In this document: positions 62,253 through 64,000 of the stretch, piece by piece
Layout: every line of letters begins with the position of its first letter
How positions within the stretch are numbered: position 1 is the stretch's first letter
Source of the DNA: an uncultured Actinomycetota bacterium
GTDB taxonomy: Bacteria; Actinomycetota; Actinomycetes; JAHEKZ01
Direction: 5' to 3'
Length of the DNA: 64,000 nucleotides
Assembly: GCA_963718235.1 (NCBI GenBank)
Contig: CAVQYR010000001.1
Coordinates: 2,048,001 to 2,112,000 of the forward strand
The notes under the pieces: generated by a model
The model's input: the letters and a program-made list of their open reading frames with translations, nothing else
What the model was told of the DNA's origin: nothing
Databases searched by the model: none
Made by a program: the position numbers and the translations under genes

Positions 62253-64000
62253 CCGCGAACGCGATCACTGCGCGGGTCGTAGAGCGGCTTGAGGCTGATG
62301 CTCGCCGGCACGCGGATTCCGGCCACCTCCACCGTGTAGCTGCCCGAGAGGACGAAGTCGACATCTGCGACACCACCAGGGTTCTCGACGTAGCCAAGCC
62401 CGATCGGGGCGCCCAGCGTGTGACCGAACGCGCCCGACGTCAGTGACCCGACGATCTGGTCGTCACGCCAGATGGGCTCGTTGTGGTACACGAGCTTGGC
62501 GTCGTCCAACAGCCGGAACTGGGCGAGCCGGCGTGCGGGAGGCGCGCTGCGCCGCCCTGCGAGCGCGGCCTCACCGCGGAACCCTCCTGGCTTGTCCCAC
62601 GCCACCGCGAATCCGAGCCCGGCCTCGACCGGGTCGTCGTCCGGTGTGATGTCGTGCCCCCAGTGTCGATATCCCTTCTCCATGCGCAGCGAGTCGAGGG
62701 AGTGGTAGCCGCACAGTCTCAGGTCGTGGTTGCGGCCCACGACCTCGAGGTGGTCGAACACCCCCGCAGCGAACTCGGTCGGGACGTACAGCTCCCAGCC
62801 GAGCTCCCCCACGTAGGTGATCCGGCTGGCACGAACGCACGCGTAGCCCAGATCCACGACCTGGGACGTGCCAAAGGGGAATGCCTCGTCCGCGAAGTCG
62901 GCATCCGCCGCCTCCGTGAGCAGGTCCCTCGACCCGGGACCCATGACACTCAGCACAGCCATCGATGACGTCACGTCCGTGACCGTGCACCGCGCCTCGG
63001 CGGGGATGCTGTCGCGCAGCCAGGCGAGGTCACGGACCTGGGTGGCCGCGGCGGTCACCACCAGATAGCGGTCCGGTGCCTCCCGGGTGACCGTGAGGTC
63101 GGCCTCGATGGTGCCCTGGTCATTGAGCCACTGGGTGTAGACGATCCTCCCGACCGGGACTGAGACGTCGTTCGCACAGACCCAGTTGAGGACACTCTCC
63201 GCGTCCGGTCCCTGCACGAGGTACTTGCCGAAGGACGACTGGTCGAACATGCCCACGGACTCACGAACCGCCCGATGCTCCTGCGCTGAGTACTCGAACC
63301 AGTTCTGTCGTCCGTAGCTGTACTCGTAGACCGGCTCGGCTCCTTCCGGGGCGAACCAGTTCGCCCGCTCCCACCCCGCGACCTCCCCGAAGCAAGCGCC
63401 GCGGGCGGCGAGTCGGTCGTGCAGGACCGACTGACGGACCCCTCGGGCGGTCTCGGGCTGGCGGTAGGGCCAGTGCATCGCGTAGAGCAGTCCGAGCGTC
63501 TCGACCGTCCGGTCGTGCAGGTACCTGGCGTTGGCGTGGAACGGCATCATTCGTCGGACGTCCACGTCCCAGAGGTCCATCGGGGGACGACCGTCGACGA
63601 TCCAGTCAGCGAGGACCTTGCCCGCCCCGCCCGACGACTGGATGCCGATCGAGTTGAAGCCGCAGGCAACGAACAACGCCTTGACGTCCGGGGACTCCCC
63701 CAGCAGGTACCGGTCGTCGGGGGTGAAGGACTCCGGTCCGTTGAAGAACAGCTGGATTCCGGCGTCCTCCAGCACCGGCATGCGATGAGCAGCCACCTCG
63801 AGCAGGGGCGCGACGTGCTCGAGGTCCGCCGGCAGGGTCCCGAAGCTGAAAGCCTCGGGGATCCCGCTCACCTCACCCGGCTGCCTCATCCCCCAGGGCT
63901 TGGCCACCGGCTCGAACCACCCGACCAGGAGCTTCCCGACGTCCTCCTTGAAGTACCCGAAGCCGTCCTGGTCGCGCAGGACGGGCATCGTCGGTGGGAG
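62249..64000 (-). CDS. GcvT-family FAD/THF-dependent dehydrogenase (dimethylglycine/sarcosine dehydrogenase-like), 5' end off window
   Basis: NGPESFTPD, GWERANWF, DQSSFGK, TYVGELGWEL, SLRMEKGYRHWG. Confidence 0.92.
   Translation of the reverse strand, partial: LPPTMPVLRDQDGFGYFKEDVGKLLVGWFEPVAKPWGMRQPGEVSGIPEAFSFGTLPADLEHVAPLLEVAAHRMPVLEDAGIQLFFNGPESFTPDDRYLLGESPDVKALFVACGFNSIGIQSSGGAGKVLADWIVDGRPPMDLWDVDVRRMMPFHANARYLHDRTVETLGLLYAMHWPYRQPETARGVRQSVLHDRLAARGACFGEVAGWERANWFAPEGAEPVYEYSYGRQNWFEYSAQEHRAVRESVGMFDQSSFGKYLVQGPDAESVLNWVCANDVSVPVGRIVYTQWLNDQGTIEADLTVTREAPDRYLVVTAAATQVRDLAWLRDSIPAEARCTVTDVTSSMAVLSVMGPGSRDLLTEAADADFADEAFPFGTSQVVDLGYACVRASRITYVGELGWELYVPTEFAAGVFDHLEVVGRNHDLRLCGYHSLDSLRMEKGYRHWGHDITPDDDPVEAGLGFAVAWDKPGGFRGEAALAGRRSAPPARRLAQFRLLDDAKLVYHNEPIWRDDQIVGSLTSGAFGHTLGAPIGLGYVENPGGVADVDFVLSGSYTVEVAGIRVPASISLKPLYDPRSDRVRG

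Overview
High-GC (roughly 70%) actinobacterial chromosomal segment with no rRNA, tRNA, CRISPR array, transposase, integrase or prophage that I can see. About 1-33 kb is the conserved actinobacterial core block: dxs (partial), acnA, TRAM/RlmD-type RNA methyltransferase, KimA-like APC permease, two TrkA/RCK genes, DUF3159, OB-fold, DUF3710, dut, DUF3093, DUF4193, suhB, hemH, sepH, DUF5998, GNAT/acyl-CoA synthetase fusion, psuG plus PfkB kinase, and topoisomerase IV parC/parE. About 33-64 kb is accessory: an APH-type phosphotransferase, two large secreted enzymes, a CoA-ligase/citryl-CoA-lyase pair, redox and hydrolase genes, a K+ channel, a fused FTCD, a wHTH-ATPase regulator that looks frameshifted at its start, and a GcvT-family dehydrogenase (partial). 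The best system-level find is an apparently complete methylmannose-polysaccharide (MMP)-type cluster (manT-meT1-mmpH plus a convergent OrfD-like methyltransferase) in an organism that does not look mycobacterial. It is preceded by an acyltransferase-3 gene with a highly structured, riboswitch-like leader. Several non-coding signals are also visible: an 18-bp perfect palindrome before acnA, 11-bp-period direct repeats, a 30-bp tandem duplication and many leaderless promoters. All assignments come from motif recognition and recalled family knowledge; no searches were run.
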